Source: a virus
Lineage: Duplodnaviria; Caudoviricetes
DNA length: 60,382 nt
Virus record (IMG/VR): IMGVR_UViG_3300020470_001595
Span: 1 to 60,382 of that record
Strand: one strand, 5' to 3'
Every line of letters begins with the position of its first letter. The stretch's first letter is position 1. The position numbers were made by a program, and so were the translations under genes. Below, piece after piece: positions 1-10,717 of the stretch. A model generated the notes under the pieces. That model had not been told where the DNA came from, made no database searches, and worked only from the letters and a program-made list of their open reading frames with translations.

Positions 1-53
1 GTTCCTACGACTGCTGCTGCTGTTACTCCTGATGTTACTTTCTGAATGTCCAT
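1..53 (-). CDS. 5' end of a small minus-strand protein (MDIQKVTSGVTAAAVVG...), truncated by the window edge
   Basis: ATG at 53-51 on the minus strand, open to position 1; late-promoter-like ATAAATA on the minus strand at 79-73. Confidence 0.6.
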   Translation of the reverse strand, partial: MDIQKVTSGVTAAAVVG

Positions 54-72
54 CTATTTATTAGTATCGAAG

Positions 73-92
73 TATTTATCCATGACTAAATA
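73..92. promoter_or_regulatory. Back-to-back T4-type late (gp55) promoter boxes
   Basis: ATAAATA on minus (79-73) and CTAAATA on plus (86-92) between divergent genes; T4 late consensus is TATAAATA. Confidence 0.55.
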
Positions 93-123
93 ACATCAGC
101 ACAATGTATCTTATTATAGAGAG

Positions 124-3100
124 ATGCCTTTAAATAAGTTAGAGAATTTTATAAAGAATACAGAGGGTAGGATTCTCTATGTAAATCCAAGCGATTTGGA
201 CTCCACCGATAGTATTACTAATCAGGGTAACTCTTTAACAAAACCCTTCAAGACGATACAGAGAGCACTGTTAGAGTCTGCTAGATTTTCATATCAGTCA
301 GGGTTAGATAATGATATAAATGATAAAACTACTATTTTAATATATCCAGGTGAGCACCTTATTGATAATAGACCTGGATTTGCACTTAAACCAGATCCCA
401 CAGATCCTACCAGAGCATTATCTGTATCTCCTGCTGGTGCTGAAACTCTTGCTACAACAACATTTAGTCTTAGCTTAACCAGTGAGTTTGATTTAACTGT
501 AGAAAATAATGCATTATATAAGTTTAATTCAGTTCATGGTGGAATAATTATACCTCGTGGTACATCTATTGTAGGTATGGACCTTAGAAAGACTAAGGTG
601 CGTCCTAAGTATGTCCCTAACCCTACAGATGATAGTGTACCAAACTCTGCTATATTCAGGGTTACTGGTAACTGTTATTTCTGGCAGTTCTCATTCTTTG
701 ATGGTGATCAGAATGGATTAGTATACACTGACCATCAACAGTTTGATACTATTAATCAATCTAAACCAACATTCTCTCACCACAAGTTAACTTGTTTTGA
801 GTATGCTGATGGTATTAATGAAGTTAAGGGATATGATGAGACAGACCTTAGCATGTATTATTATAAGCTAAGTTATGCTTATCAGGAACCAACTGGTCGT
901 GCTGTTAACTATGAGTGGCCAAATGCAGAAGGTGACTTTGATACAGTTCGTGAGGAATATGAAATAGTTGGTGCTCTTGGTACTGACCCATTGGTTATAT
1001 CATCTATTGTATCTGGTGATGGATTAACACCTACATCACAAGTAACAGTAAGAACTCAGATACCACATGAATTAACTGCTGGTACTCCTATTAAGATTAG
1101 TGGAGTTAATGTATCTCAATATAATATTTCTACTATAGTTCAGAGTGTTATATCAACTACTGAGTTTACATATTTAATAGTAGATTTCCCAAGTAATTTA
1201 CCTGCTAAACCCACAAATATTACTTCCGCAAGAGTAACTATTGAATCTGATACTGTCAGAGGTGCATCACCTTATATCTTTAACTGTTCAATGAGATCAG
1301 TTTATGGTATGCAAGGTATGCTTGCTGATGGTACGAAAGCAACAGGTTTCCGTTCAATGGTTGTTGCTCAGTTCACTGGTATCTCACTACAGAAGGATGA
1401 TAGAGCATTTGTTAAATATAATCCAGAGACAAGATTGTATGAATCAATATCATATAGTACAGTTAAAGGTGCTACATTAGCAGCAGAATCTAGTTCTACT
1501 GATCCTAATACTGTTTATCATTTAGATAGTGGTGCAGTATACCGTCCTGGATGGGAACAAGCTCATGTTACGATAAACAATAAAGCACAACTTCAAATAG
1601 TTTCTGTTTTCGCTATTGGATTTAATGCACACTTAAGAGGTGATAGTGGTGCTGACGCATCTATTACTAACTCCAACTCCAACTTTGGACAATATGCTTT
1701 AGTTGCAGATGGATTTAGAAATGATGCCTTCCTAAGAGATGATCAGGGATATATCTCTCATGTTGTCTCTCCTGAATGGGTATCAACATATCAAGAAGAT
1801 TTAGATAATATTACTTGGTTCCAGATTGATGTACCTAAGACACAACAGACTGGTATATCTTCACATTTATATCTCTCTGGATTTACCAGACAGGATGTAG
1901 CACCACTTGGTTTAACTCAAGGTTATAGAATTGGTGCTAATTTAAATGAGAATCTATATGTTTCTATTGGTGGTACTGAATATAGTTCTCCTGTATACAT
2001 GCCAGAGAATGTAACTGCTGGTATACAAACTGCTAATGTTGGAATTAATTCTCATCAAGGAACTAAATTTACACCAGCAAGTTCTCCTAATACCAATTTT
2101 GAATTAACTGTTAATGATATTGGTATTGTTAATGGTGAAACTATTCGTATATTCAGTGATGATGGTGATTTACCTGAGAACCTAGCACCAAATACAGTAT
2201 ACTATGCTATTAGAGTTAGCTCAACTGCACTTAAGATTGCAAGTACATTCTCTAATGCTGTTAATAATATTCCTATTGCCATATATGGTGGTACAAATTT
2301 AAGGATTGAGAGTAGAGTTAGTGACAAATCTCCTAATAGTATAGGACACCCAGTTCAATGGGATGCTAATCAGAATAACTGGTATATATTGAGTGAAACT
2401 AATTGTGATCTTTATGATAATATTGTTAATAATGATTATGTTAAGACATTAGTAGAAACTACTCCTGCATACTTCAAGAGATATGAAGATCGTAGAGGTA
2501 TTGATAATAAATTATACAAGCTTCGTTATGTAATACCTAAGCAAGCAGATAATTCTAGAAATCCTGTTGATGGATTTATTCTTCAACAGTCAGGTCAAAC
2601 TGGTTTTGCTAAGACTGCTGATATTAATGCTACAAGTATTACTCTTAATGATACTAACTATCAAAGAAATTATGGTTTCATTGCTACATGTAGTGAGAAT
2701 AGTGATACTGTTACTGTTAGATGTGAATTACCTCATAATGTTAAGGTAGGTGATATAGTATTCACTGAGAACATTAAAGATTCTAATAATAATACTGGTA
2801 CACCAAATAAAGGATATAATGGTTACTTTACTGTAACTAATGTTCCTAATAATATGGAATATAAGTTCAGTAATACAGACAACTCTGGTGTTAAGAGAAA
2901 CACTGGTAATTATATGGATGAAACTTCTAATAGAACTTTCTTCCTTCCTAGATTTAGTGTTAATGATAACAAAGGAAACTTTAGCATCTATCGTTCAAGA
3001 GTATTATCTGATTGGGTAAAAGATGAGAGTGATGGTGTCTATCTATTAGATGTTGTTGCTGCTGATTATGCACCACCAACAGAATTTACAAGTCAAAAAT

Positions 3101-5379
3101 ACAATCAACAAATTACTGATTTCTATCCACAATTAGATAGAGATAATGTAAGAAAAAATCCACCACCTGCTGTTTCATTTGCAAGAAGAGATCCTATTGG
3201 TAAGGTAGAGACTAATAGTCTTCTTAATTCAATAACAAGAGAATCTATTAATAAGTTCACTACTAACTGGGGTGTAGGTATTGCTATATCTAGTGTTACT
3301 CCTGTATCTGCTGGTATAGCAACACTTCAACTTACTGGTCAGCATGACTTTAATGGTTTTGTTGATTATGAGAATCTTGAATCCTATCATAGTGGTGCAG
3401 GATTTGCTGTTACAACCAAATATAATGTTAGACTATTAGATAGTCTTGGTGGTTGGAATGGTGCAACAGCTAAAGTAACTGTTGGTGTTGGTTCTACTAA
3501 CATCACTGGTGTTGAGATTCAGAGTGTTGGATCTGGATATACTGGTGGGGAACAGTTATTCTTTGAGAATTTTGCTGGTACTTCTATTGGTGTTCCAACT
3601 ACAGGTTTGATTAATGGTATTAATGATGTAGTTCAGGTTACTGGATCTGGTAAGACTGATGGTGGATATTATAGAGTTACTAATGTACCAACAAAAGATT
3701 CTATTGTAGTTGGAATATCTACATTAGATCCAACAATTACTGCACATGAGTTCATTTACAGGGTTGGACCTTCTGTTGCTATTGCATCTACAGACTTTGA
3801 CACTACTACTGGATTAACAACATTTGTTACATCTAATGCTCATGGTTTGAGACAAGGTGGTAAATTCACTCTTGTTAATAGTAATAATAATGAAAAAGTT
3901 GGTGAATACTATGTTCAAACTACATTGACAGGTGTTACTTCATTCACTGCTAAGACAGTTAGTGATCCTGTATTTGTAGCAGGATATAGAATACTTCCAC
4001 ATGCTTTCTCAGATAATAATCAATCAATTAGTGTTGAAGAAGCTATTGGATCTAGATATTTCAACATGTATGATGGTGATAGTGTAGGTATTAAGACTAA
4101 CTTAACCAACACTGATACTTCAATACCTGTTCAACATGCTAGTGGTATTGGTACTGCTAACAGATTTAAGATTGGTGAGTATCTTGAAATTGATGAAGAA
4201 ATTGTAAGAGTATCCACTACTGGATTGAGTGGATCTAATAATGATTCACTTACAGTTCTTCGTGGTCAATTAGGAACTATTCCTAAACCACATACTATTG
4301 ATTCTCTTGCTAAAAAGATAAAGGTATTAGCTGTAGAGACTAGACGACCATCTATTATGAGAGCGTCAGGTCATACATTTGAATACCTTGGTTTTGGTCC
4401 AGGTAACTATTCAACTGGTTTACCTCAAGTTCAGAACAGAACTCTAACTGATACTGAAGAATATCTTGCTCAAGCACAGAATAGAAGTGGTGGTTCAACT
4501 GTTTATACTGGATTAAATAACAGAGGTGACTTCTATATTGGTAATAAGAGAATTTCATCAGCAAGTGGTAAGGAATCTTCATTTGGTATTCCTATTCCTA
4601 CTATTACTGGTGAGGATCCATCTGCTAACTCTATTGTAGTTGATGAAATTACAGTTAAGCAGAGAATTAATGTTGAGGGTGGTATTCAACAGAATATCCT
4701 GTCACAGTTTGATGGTCCTGTTACATTTACCAATGATGTAAACTTCACTGGTAAGGTTGTATCTAGTGGTAGTATTGAACTAGCAGGTGATATAGCATTT
4801 ACTGGTCAATTCCCAGATGGTGCTAGAGTTAACAATGTTCGTATTGGTGTTGGTACTCAGAATACTGAGATTACTACTGAACCCAATATTGGTGATTTGA
4901 TTCTTAATGCTGCACCTGGATTTAAAGTTGCTATTGCAACTGATACTGCATATTCTGCAGAAGTTAACTTCAATGATACTGTTAGATTCACTGGATTTAC
5001 CACAATGAGTGGTAATTTCTTCCATAGTGGTGCAGGTGCTACATTCTGTGGAGGTCCACTCCATTGTTGTGATGACATTGTTGCTTTCTATGGTCAAACA
5101 TCTGATGTTAACCTTAAAGAGAATGTCACTATCTTGGATAGTTCATTAGAGAAATTAATGGGCATCCGTGGTACTGAATATGATTGGAAAGAAGGACATA
5201 AGAGCTACACTGGACATGACATTGGTGTCATTGCTCAAGATGTAGAGAAGGTTCTTCCTGAAGCAGTCTCAACTAAACCTGATGGCACTAAGGGTGTCCA
5301 CTATAATAAACTAATTCCTCTATTAATTGAGGCAGTCAAAGACTTGTCACAACAAGTCGATGACATCAAAGATAAATAA
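124..5379 (+). CDS. Large virion structural/tail-fibre protein with C-terminal peptidase S74 intramolecular chaperone domain
   Basis: 1751 aa; beta-rich body; C-terminal SDVNLKENV...YDWK...DIGVIAQDVEKVLPEAV...YNKLIPLLIEAVKDL is the S74 chaperone signature. Confidence 0.85.
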   Translation: MPLNKLENFIKNTEGRILYVNPSDLDSTDSITNQGNSLTKPFKTIQRALLESARFSYQSGLDNDINDKTTILIYPGEHLIDNRPGFALKPDPTDPTRALSVSPAGAETLATTTFSLSLTSEFDLTVENNALYKFNSVHGGIIIPRGTSIVGMDLRKTKVRPKYVPNPTDDSVPNSAIFRVTGNCYFWQFSFFDGDQNGLVYTDHQQFDTINQSKPTFSHHKLTCFEYADGINEVKGYDETDLSMYYYKLSYAYQEPTGRAVNYEWPNAEGDFDTVREEYEIVGALGTDPLVISSIVSGDGLTPTSQVTVRTQIPHELTAGTPIKISGVNVSQYNISTIVQSVISTTEFTYLIVDFPSNLPAKPTNITSARVTIESDTVRGASPYIFNCSMRSVYGMQGMLADGTKATGFRSMVVAQFTGISLQKDDRAFVKYNPETRLYESISYSTVKGATLAAESSSTDPNTVYHLDSGAVYRPGWEQAHVTINNKAQLQIVSVFAIGFNAHLRGDSGADASITNSNSNFGQYALVADGFRNDAFLRDDQGYISHVVSPEWVSTYQEDLDNITWFQIDVPKTQQTGISSHLYLSGFTRQDVAPLGLTQGYRIGANLNENLYVSIGGTEYSSPVYMPENVTAGIQTANVGINSHQGTKFTPASSPNTNFELTVNDIGIVNGETIRIFSDDGDLPENLAPNTVYYAIRVSSTALKIASTFSNAVNNIPIAIYGGTNLRIESRVSDKSPNSIGHPVQWDANQNNWYILSETNCDLYDNIVNNDYVKTLVETTPAYFKRYEDRRGIDNKLYKLRYVIPKQADNSRNPVDGFILQQSGQTGFAKTADINATSITLNDTNYQRNYGFIATCSENSDTVTVRCELPHNVKVGDIVFTENIKDSNNNTGTPNKGYNGYFTVTNVPNNMEYKFSNTDNSGVKRNTGNYMDETSNRTFFLPRFSVNDNKGNFSIYRSRVLSDWVKDESDGVYLLDVVAADYAPPTEFTSQKYNQQITDFYPQLDRDNVRKNPPPAVSFARRDPIGKVETNSLLNSITRESINKFTTNWGVGIAISSVTPVSAGIATLQLTGQHDFNGFVDYENLESYHSGAGFAVTTKYNVRLLDSLGGWNGATAKVTVGVGSTNITGVEIQSVGSGYTGGEQLFFENFAGTSIGVPTTGLINGINDVVQVTGSGKTDGGYYRVTNVPTKDSIVVGISTLDPTITAHEFIYRVGPSVAIASTDFDTTTGLTTFVTSNAHGLRQGGKFTLVNSNNNEKVGEYYVQTTLTGVTSFTAKTVSDPVFVAGYRILPHAFSDNNQSISVEEAIGSRYFNMYDGDSVGIKTNLTNTDTSIPVQHASGIGTANRFKIGEYLEIDEEIVRVSTTGLSGSNNDSLTVLRGQLGTIPKPHTIDSLAKKIKVLAVETRRPSIMRASGHTFEYLGFGPGNYSTGLPQVQNRTLTDTEEYLAQAQNRSGGSTVYTGLNNRGDFYIGNKRISSASGKESSFGIPIPTITGEDPSANSIVVDEITVKQRINVEGGIQQNILSQFDGPVTFTNDVNFTGKVVSSGSIELAGDIAFTGQFPDGARVNNVRIGVGTQNTEITTEPNIGDLILNAAPGFKVAIATDTAYSAEVNFNDTVRFTGFTTMSGNFFHSGAGATFCGGPLHCCDDIVAFYGQTSDVNLKENVTILDSSLEKLMGIRGTEYDWKEGHKSYTGHDIGVIAQDVEKVLPEAVSTKPDGTKGVHYNKLIPLLIEAVKDLSQQVDDIKDK
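5372..5378 (+). promoter_or_regulatory. Late promoter box
   Basis: ATAAATA about 30 nt upstream of ATG 5408. Confidence 0.55.
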
Positions 5380-5407
5380 GTAAAAGCGTCTTGTCTCCTA
5401 TAAGATA

Positions 5408-8122
5408 ATGCCTAGCAATTATAAAACCGTCATCAATTTTAGAGATGGGATCCAGGTAGATACTGATGATCTGATCTCTAATAATGGTCTGGTCGGTATC
5501 GGAAGTACCATCCCCAGACAACAACTCGATGTTCGAGGTAATGTAATTGTCGATGGCGTATCAGAATTTAATAATGTAAATGTTACTGGTGTAACTACAT
5601 TCTTCAATGTTGTTAATGTTGCCAGTGGATCGTCAGTAGGTATAGGAACCACGGTTCCAGAGGAGGCATTTCAAGTTGGTGTAGGTAGTACAGGGGCAAC
5701 GATCAGTCTTGCTGGTGTTATTACAGCAACTAAATTTGTAGGAGATGGATCAGAATTAACTGGAATACCTGCTTCAGTGTGGGTAAATCCAGGTGCAGGA
5801 GATACGATATATTCTACTAAAATTGTTGGTATAGGTACTACTTTAACACGAGATAATGCTGGATTTGGTGTAGGTTATGAAATCTACATGGATCCTGTAT
5901 CTGGTGTTGGTACATTTGAAGGTATAGTAGCAAAGAATTTAACAGTTACAAATACAACAGGTGCAGGTCAGGGTAATGTTAATGCTGATGTTGGTACATT
6001 CTCTACGGTAACTGCAACCTCACAAATTACTGCTCCACAATTTATTGGTACTGTTACAAATGCTACTAGAGCAGTAGTAGCAGCAGGTTTAACAGACTCT
6101 CCTAATATTGCTGTTAATTATATTAATGGTGTTGGTGGTACATTTACTGGTATAACTAGCTTCCAAACTCTAAGAATTAGTGGTGGAGTTATTGGTGAAG
6201 CAGGAATTATTACTGCTACCACATTTAGTGGTAGTGCCACGACTGCCCAAAATGCAGCAATAGCATATGGAATTGCTGGTGATCCTGATATCCAAGTAGA
6301 TAAACTAACTGTTAATGGTACTACACCAACCACTATTAAAGGTACTGGTGTCAGCACGATTGGTTCTGTTCTTAATGTTGGTGAGTTCCTAGGTGTTGGT
6401 GATACTGCATCTGCTGTAGGACAAGCAGCAGGATTTATTGGTACTGTTAGAATATCTGATGGAGACTTAATACTTGGTGGTAGTATTTCTATTGGTGGTA
6501 GTCTTGTAGGTACTGTACCTCTTGGTGGTACTCAAGAGATTAATGAATTAATTGTTGGTGCTGGTTTATCTGTTGCTGGTGTAACTACATTCACTGGATC
6601 TGTGAGTGGTGGTGCTGATTTCAATGTAACAGGAACTGTTACAGGTGGTGAGATAGATTCTCAAGATAGTATTATAGCAGGTGGTGGTATAACTTGTGGA
6701 AGTGGGATTGTTGTTGGTACTACTGTAGCTGGTTCTTCAATTACCATTAGCAATGGTGGTGGAATGATAATTGGTAGTGGTATCACTATGAATGGTCCTA
6801 TTCAGGGTGCTACAGATATAGTAATGAATGGAAACCTTAGTGGCATGTCTTCTATTGCTGCTAGTGGTGAAATTACTGGTGTCACAGACATTTCTGCATC
6901 TGGACAACTTAGTGGTATTACTACCATAGCTATGGCAGGTGCTGGTGAGTTTAGTGGTGTTAATAGAATAACTGGTATTGGTTCTATTATTGGTAATGGT
7001 CAATGGATTACAACTTCAATTATATCTGCTGGTCATTTGAGAGGTGAGTTAATAGATCAAACTCCTGCTGGTATAGCAACACTAGGTACAGTAAATTGTT
7101 CTGTTCTTAATGTAAATACTGGTGGTAAATTTGACTTTAATAATGCTACTGGAATTGTCTCTTGTGTTGCTCTTAATGCACCTGAAGGGTTAAGTACAGT
7201 TAGTAATCTTCGTGTTACAAATGGAAATGATACCTACATGTTTGCTAGGTATATTGGATTTAACACTTCTGTTCCTAAAATTACTGATGGTCAAGAAGTT
7301 AATGGTGCAGCAGCAGAGATATATGTTGATGGTGAGACAATGGGAATTGGTATCGGATCTACTGGAGGTCAGAGATTAGACGATGCTAGATTCTATGTTG
7401 GATATGCAAGAACTCAGGGTGGTGGAATAGACAATACTACTTCAATATTTGAGTGTGGTAATATTGGTATTGGTACTACATCTGTTCAATCATCAAGTAA
7501 TGGTGTTGAGTCTGTAAATATCTACAGGAATGTAAACTTCTATAATAATCATACTGGAGTTGCTGGAACTGCTGGTATTGGAACTAATATAGTTCAGGTA
7601 GGATTTAATTCAGATCAACCTGGTGGTGCTCTTGACATGAGATATGCAGGTGGTCCATTATGTCTACCAATAGCTGATGGAGATCAAGATGGTGCAGGGT
7701 TCTCATACTTCCACACAGAAGGAGATGCTACAGGTAACCTATGGTTCAGTAAGCATGACATGTCTCTTAAAGTTGGCATGGGTAATGGAAGTGGAAACTA
7801 TATTGGATTAAAGACTGATACATTTGGCAAGGAACTTAATGATTATCAAGCGATAAGAGGATGGAGAGGACCAATATTTACAAGTAATGCCTCTAAAAAT
7901 GCACAAGCACCACAATTACCACCTGAACAACCAGTTGGATGGGCAACGGCAAATATAGGTTATTATCTCCCAACTAACCAGTTCCAACACTTTGGTGATG
8001 ATGGTGTATGGAGGTCACATGTTGGTAGTGCAACCACTGGGGTTGAATTTATAATCAACGGAACTACTGCTATACTAAATGTAGTAGGGGTTGGTTCTAT
8101 TACATTGGGAACACTATCATAG
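5408..8122 (+). CDS. Tail fibre-like structural protein
   Basis: 904 aa, G/T/V/I-rich; repeated VGIGT(T) and ITATKFVGDGS-type cyanophage fibre motifs. Confidence 0.75.
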   Translation: MPSNYKTVINFRDGIQVDTDDLISNNGLVGIGSTIPRQQLDVRGNVIVDGVSEFNNVNVTGVTTFFNVVNVASGSSVGIGTTVPEEAFQVGVGSTGATISLAGVITATKFVGDGSELTGIPASVWVNPGAGDTIYSTKIVGIGTTLTRDNAGFGVGYEIYMDPVSGVGTFEGIVAKNLTVTNTTGAGQGNVNADVGTFSTVTATSQITAPQFIGTVTNATRAVVAAGLTDSPNIAVNYINGVGGTFTGITSFQTLRISGGVIGEAGIITATTFSGSATTAQNAAIAYGIAGDPDIQVDKLTVNGTTPTTIKGTGVSTIGSVLNVGEFLGVGDTASAVGQAAGFIGTVRISDGDLILGGSISIGGSLVGTVPLGGTQEINELIVGAGLSVAGVTTFTGSVSGGADFNVTGTVTGGEIDSQDSIIAGGGITCGSGIVVGTTVAGSSITISNGGGMIIGSGITMNGPIQGATDIVMNGNLSGMSSIAASGEITGVTDISASGQLSGITTIAMAGAGEFSGVNRITGIGSIIGNGQWITTSIISAGHLRGELIDQTPAGIATLGTVNCSVLNVNTGGKFDFNNATGIVSCVALNAPEGLSTVSNLRVTNGNDTYMFARYIGFNTSVPKITDGQEVNGAAAEIYVDGETMGIGIGSTGGQRLDDARFYVGYARTQGGGIDNTTSIFECGNIGIGTTSVQSSSNGVESVNIYRNVNFYNNHTGVAGTAGIGTNIVQVGFNSDQPGGALDMRYAGGPLCLPIADGDQDGAGFSYFHTEGDATGNLWFSKHDMSLKVGMGNGSGNYIGLKTDTFGKELNDYQAIRGWRGPIFTSNASKNAQAPQLPPEQPVGWATANIGYYLPTNQFQHFGDDGVWRSHVGSATTGVEFIINGTTAILNVVGVGSITLGTLS

Positions 8123-8132
8123 GTAATTAAGT

Positions 8133-10046
8133 ATGGCAGCACCTGATTGGTCGAATACCACACAAAAGTTACTTAAAACTGCTAATATACCAAATAATAC
8201 TGAGATATCATTTGGTCAGATTAGAGCAGCAATAGGTGACACAACAAAATCTATTGGAGCATCAGAGTGGCATAGGATCACTGATCTTGATGCACCCTAT
8301 AATTTTCCATCTGTACCCACAACATCTACTCCACATTTACCATATATCTTAGATGCCACCGAAAATGCTGGCATACCTACTAGTGGTGCTATATCTCCTA
8401 ATCAAATTAAGGATGTTGTTAAAGAATATGTTATTGAACAAGATCCTAATAAACAGGAAGAAGAGTTTGATGTTGGTACTCTTACAGGACCAGACACACC
8501 TACTGCTAGTGTAAACTGGAATTCAAATTTAAACAAGAATATTACCAAATATCTTAAGATTAGAGGAAGAGTAATATCTGATGATGTTAGTAAACCTGCT
8601 GTATCTATTGCTAGCTCAGCATCATCTAATCTTAACATATATGTGAACAATTCACCTGCTGGTGATGGTGTCATGGCATGTGGTGGTGCTAAAGGAGTAT
8701 CATCTGGACAACCTGGTGGTCATGCTATTAGTATTACCAACCCATCTGCACCTGCTACTCGTGTAGTCTATGTTGAGTGTGAAGGTAATGAGTCTAAGAT
8801 ATGGGCAGGAGGTGGTGGAGGATATGATGGTGTTGATGGAGTAGATGGAGTTAGTGGATCAAACTGGACTGGTAATGGTACTGATGGTGTAGATGGAAAT
8901 TCAGGTAATCCAGGATCTCCAGGTAATAATGGTACACCTGGCAATCCTGGAAGTGATGGATCTCCAGGTAATTCAGGTAATTCAGGATCTCCAGGAAATC
9001 CTGGTCAATCTGGTAACCCTAACTTCTCTATGCCACCAGGTCAGTGGTGTTGGTCATCATATAAATGGCGAAGAGTTGCTGGTACTGGTACTCAACAGCA
9101 AAGTATAGCTCATGTAAGAAGTAGTAGACGAAGAGAATGGTGGAGTAGATATCCTAGTAGTAATACAACATACTCTCAGAATACAATAACAATAACAACT
9201 AGAACTAACCAACAGTACCTTGTACAAGAGTGTCAACCTTGTTCAGGTGGATCTGGTGGTTCAGGTGGACAGGCAGGATCTGGTGGATCTGGCGGTGGTG
9301 CTGGTGGCGGTGGATCAGGTGGATCTGGAGGAAATGCTGGTGGTGGAGGATCTGCTGGTGGCGGTGGATCAGGTGGATCTGGAGGTCAGGGTGGATATAA
9401 AGGATATGGAGGATTCAATGGTACAAAGGGTTTCAAAGGATATGCAGGATCAGGATCATCTGGTAGAGGGTGGACTAACTTATCGTCTCCTTTAAGTAGT
9501 AGTGGAGGAAATCCTGGCAACCCAGGTAACTCAGGTGGAGGAGGAAATCCTGGAAACCCAGGTACACCAGGCAATCCTGGTAATGATGGTACTTCTGGAA
9601 CTCCAGGCAACTCAGGAAATCCTGGAAACTCAGGTAACTCAGGTGGAGGAGGTGGATCAGGAACTCCAGGTAATGCTGGAACTCCAGGTACACCAGGCAC
9701 TCCTGGAAGTGGACCTGGATGTCTAGGAGGAATTCCAGGTAATGCTGGAACTCCAGGAAATCCTGGTTCTGGAGGTAATTCAGGAAATCCAGGCAATCCT
9801 GGAAGTGATGGAAATCCTGGAAATCCAGGCAATCCAGGTGGTGATGGAAATGATGGAAACCCAGGTACACCAGGCAATCCTGGAGGTAGTGGTCAACCTG
9901 GTACACCTGGCAATCCTGGTCAACCTGGAGTTGCTGGTGGTGACTGGGGTAAATCCAATCCTGGCGGTGGTGCTGCTGGTCGTGCTGTGGCAGGATCTAA
10001 ATATACCGTCATCCCTAATGGAGGTGACATTAGAGTAATCTACTAA
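8133..10046 (+). CDS. gp38-like glycine-rich tail-fibre adhesin with expanded Gly-X-Pro tracts
   Basis: GGHAI, IWAGGGGG, AGGDWG and terminal GGAAGRAV motifs resemble T-even gp38 polyglycine adhesins; follows two fibre genes. Confidence 0.6.
   Translation: MAAPDWSNTTQKLLKTANIPNNTEISFGQIRAAIGDTTKSIGASEWHRITDLDAPYNFPSVPTTSTPHLPYILDATENAGIPTSGAISPNQIKDVVKEYVIEQDPNKQEEEFDVGTLTGPDTPTASVNWNSNLNKNITKYLKIRGRVISDDVSKPAVSIASSASSNLNIYVNNSPAGDGVMACGGAKGVSSGQPGGHAISITNPSAPATRVVYVECEGNESKIWAGGGGGYDGVDGVDGVSGSNWTGNGTDGVDGNSGNPGSPGNNGTPGNPGSDGSPGNSGNSGSPGNPGQSGNPNFSMPPGQWCWSSYKWRRVAGTGTQQQSIAHVRSSRRREWWSRYPSSNTTYSQNTITITTRTNQQYLVQECQPCSGGSGGSGGQAGSGGSGGGAGGGGSGGSGGNAGGGGSAGGGGSGGSGGQGGYKGYGGFNGTKGFKGYAGSGSSGRGWTNLSSPLSSSGGNPGNPGNSGGGGNPGNPGTPGNPGNDGTSGTPGNSGNPGNSGNSGGGGGSGTPGNAGTPGTPGTPGSGPGCLGGIPGNAGTPGNPGSGGNSGNPGNPGSDGNPGNPGNPGGDGNDGNPGTPGNPGGSGQPGTPGNPGQPGVAGGDWGKSNPGGGAAGRAVAGSKYTVIPNGGDIRVIY
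8818..9020 (+). repeat. Gly-X-Y triplet tract 1 (GVD/GNP/GSP/GNS)
   Basis: 9-nt periodic codon repeats, e.g. GNPGSPGNNGTPGNPGSD. Confidence 0.9.
9505..9940 (+). repeat. Gly-X-Y triplet tract 2 (GNP/GTP/GNS/GQP)
   Basis: Long GNPGNPGTPGNPG runs interrupted by GGGG. Confidence 0.9.
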
Positions 10047-10052
10047 TTTATT

Positions 10053-10655
10053 ATGTCATTTTATCCTATATTACCTCATCCTACATTTGATGAGGTTGAC
10101 TTTGCTACTTGGGAAGATGGATTCACTAATGATGAGTGTAATGAAATTATCCGTCTTGGTGAATCTCTTGATGCTAAGGATTCTACAGTAGGTGGTAAGG
10201 TTGAGCAAGGCAATGCTGTAAATAATGACATTCGCAAGTCATTAAACTCTTGGTTATCTGTTAATGATGAAACTGATTGGTTATACAATAGATTAGCTAA
10301 CATCTCTAGGTGTCTCAATGGGATGCACTGGAGATTTGATATTTCAGGGTTTAGTGAAGATTTACAGTATACCAGATATAATGATGATAAATCATTTTAT
10401 AATTGGCATATTGATAGTGGAGTAAATAAATCAGATCATCCTCAAAGGAAACTGAGTCTTACTCTACAATTATCTGAACCAGATGAATATGAAGGTGGTG
10501 ACTTTCAAATACATGGTAGTAGATTAAATACACTACCTAAAAAGAAAGGATTACTCATAGCATTTCCTAGCTATTCTTTACATCAAGTTACACCAGTTAC
10601 AAAAGGTATTAGAAGGAGTCTAGTTGTATGGTTATGCGGTCCACCGTTTCGTTAG
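10053..10655 (+). CDS. 2OG-Fe(II) oxygenase (PKHD/prolyl-4-hydroxylase-like)
   Basis: WHID (HxD), RKLS, YEGGDF, HQVTPVTKGIRRSLVVW motifs. Confidence 0.92.
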   Translation: MSFYPILPHPTFDEVDFATWEDGFTNDECNEIIRLGESLDAKDSTVGGKVEQGNAVNNDIRKSLNSWLSVNDETDWLYNRLANISRCLNGMHWRFDISGFSEDLQYTRYNDDKSFYNWHIDSGVNKSDHPQRKLSLTLQLSEPDEYEGGDFQIHGSRLNTLPKKKGLLIAFPSYSLHQVTPVTKGIRRSLVVWLCGPPFR

Positions 10656-10711
10656 TGACACCTCATAAAGTGTCCAGTCATGCCCCATTGAGTCCCTCTG
10701 GGTACTATAAT
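10655..10711 (+). promoter_or_regulatory. Early-type promoter motif copy 1
   Basis: GTGACA-N6-AAAGTGTCCA with TATAAT at 10706-10711. Confidence 0.75.
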
Positions 10712-10717
10712 GGTAAC

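Noticed and set aside
9386-9906. Minus-strand collagen-like ORFs (PGVPGFP...)
   Set aside because: Antisense shadows of the G-X-P codon repeats in the 8133 gene
10628-10717. N-terminal extension of ORF 10628
   Set aside because: Overlaps the upstream gene and spans the promoter motif; ATG 10718 fits better
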